From the human T2T-CHM13v2.0 reference genome, Homo sapiens, in NCBI RefSeq assembly GCF_009914755.1, contig NC_060929.1: 64,000 nt of DNA. One strand, written 5' to 3'. Both the position numbers and the translations under genes were made by a program. Position 1 is the stretch's first letter. Each line of letters begins with the position of its first letter. This document shows, one piece after another, positions 63,301-64,000 of the stretch. Under the pieces are notes generated by a model. It had not been told where the DNA came from, searched no databases, and worked only from the letters and a program-made list of their open reading frames with translations.

Positions 63301-64000
63301 GAATGCTAGAAAGTCCCTGGGAGAATTGGAAAGAACAAATACCACCTGTTTTAGCAGAAAAAAAGATCAATCACAGCATCCCTTCTAGAGTGCAGTTTCA
63401 TAAGTGTGTGAGAGTCAAAGCCAGACGGAAAGAACTGAAAAGAAATTGTAGATCAACTGTAGATCATAAAAGCTGACCACTCCTCAGAATAATTTCACAA
63501 AGAAAGAAGAGAAATTTATGGTATCTAGAGGGGGCAGCAAAGTCAAGTGAAAGTTCTTCAAGTTAAGTGATGGCAAAAAAAGTCAGTGGCAAGGAAGAGC
63601 GAACATGTGAGAAAAACATGTCACATGGGAGGCAAGTGCTCAGAAGTAGAGAACATCTAAGTGCAGGTATAGGCATTACACTTAGTAGCTGGACTTTATC
63701 ATTAGAAGGATGCATTTTCCTTGAGGGACTTGAGGAAGCTCAGATTAAAATGAATACAATTTGATATTTTTAAGACCTATATTTCATTTCTTCTCAGGGA
63801 GATAGATAATTCTATAAAAATGTACTATGAAATTAAGATGAGGCAGCATTAATTATTGAAAGGAATTTGAAGGAATATATGCCAATGTTTCAGGTTACTG
63901 GCAATTAGCCACTATATTATCTTTACATATTTTATCATTGGTTAAGTTCCAGAAATACTTGGCAACCAGATTTGAAGTAATTGATTGTATCCACCTCAAA

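Overview
This is AT-rich, repeat-dense primate genomic DNA, almost certainly human, because it carries a human-specific AluYb8 at 26853-27159. I found no protein-coding gene, RNA gene, CpG island or CRISPR array. The supplied ORFs are chance frames or translations of Alu, L1, THE1 or microsatellite sequence. The window contains 11 Alus, several L1s (one with a twin-priming inversion), a two-LTR THE1 MaLR provirus, solo LTRs (MST, MLT2A, MER50, MER41B, an ERVL-like LTR, MLT1) and old L2/MIR/HAL1 fragments. The most unusual signal is a cluster of template-switch scars between 10.8 and 15.6 kb: two palindromes, a near-perfect 94-bp tandem duplication, and a 32-bp piece of that same unit copied about 1.9 kb downstream into a complex insertion inside an L1MC1. 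A MER41B with two intact GAS motifs and a few candidate non-coding exons or enhancers are also worth checking. I see no evidence for a new coding system. Repeat subfamily names come from recalled consensus sequences, not from a database search.
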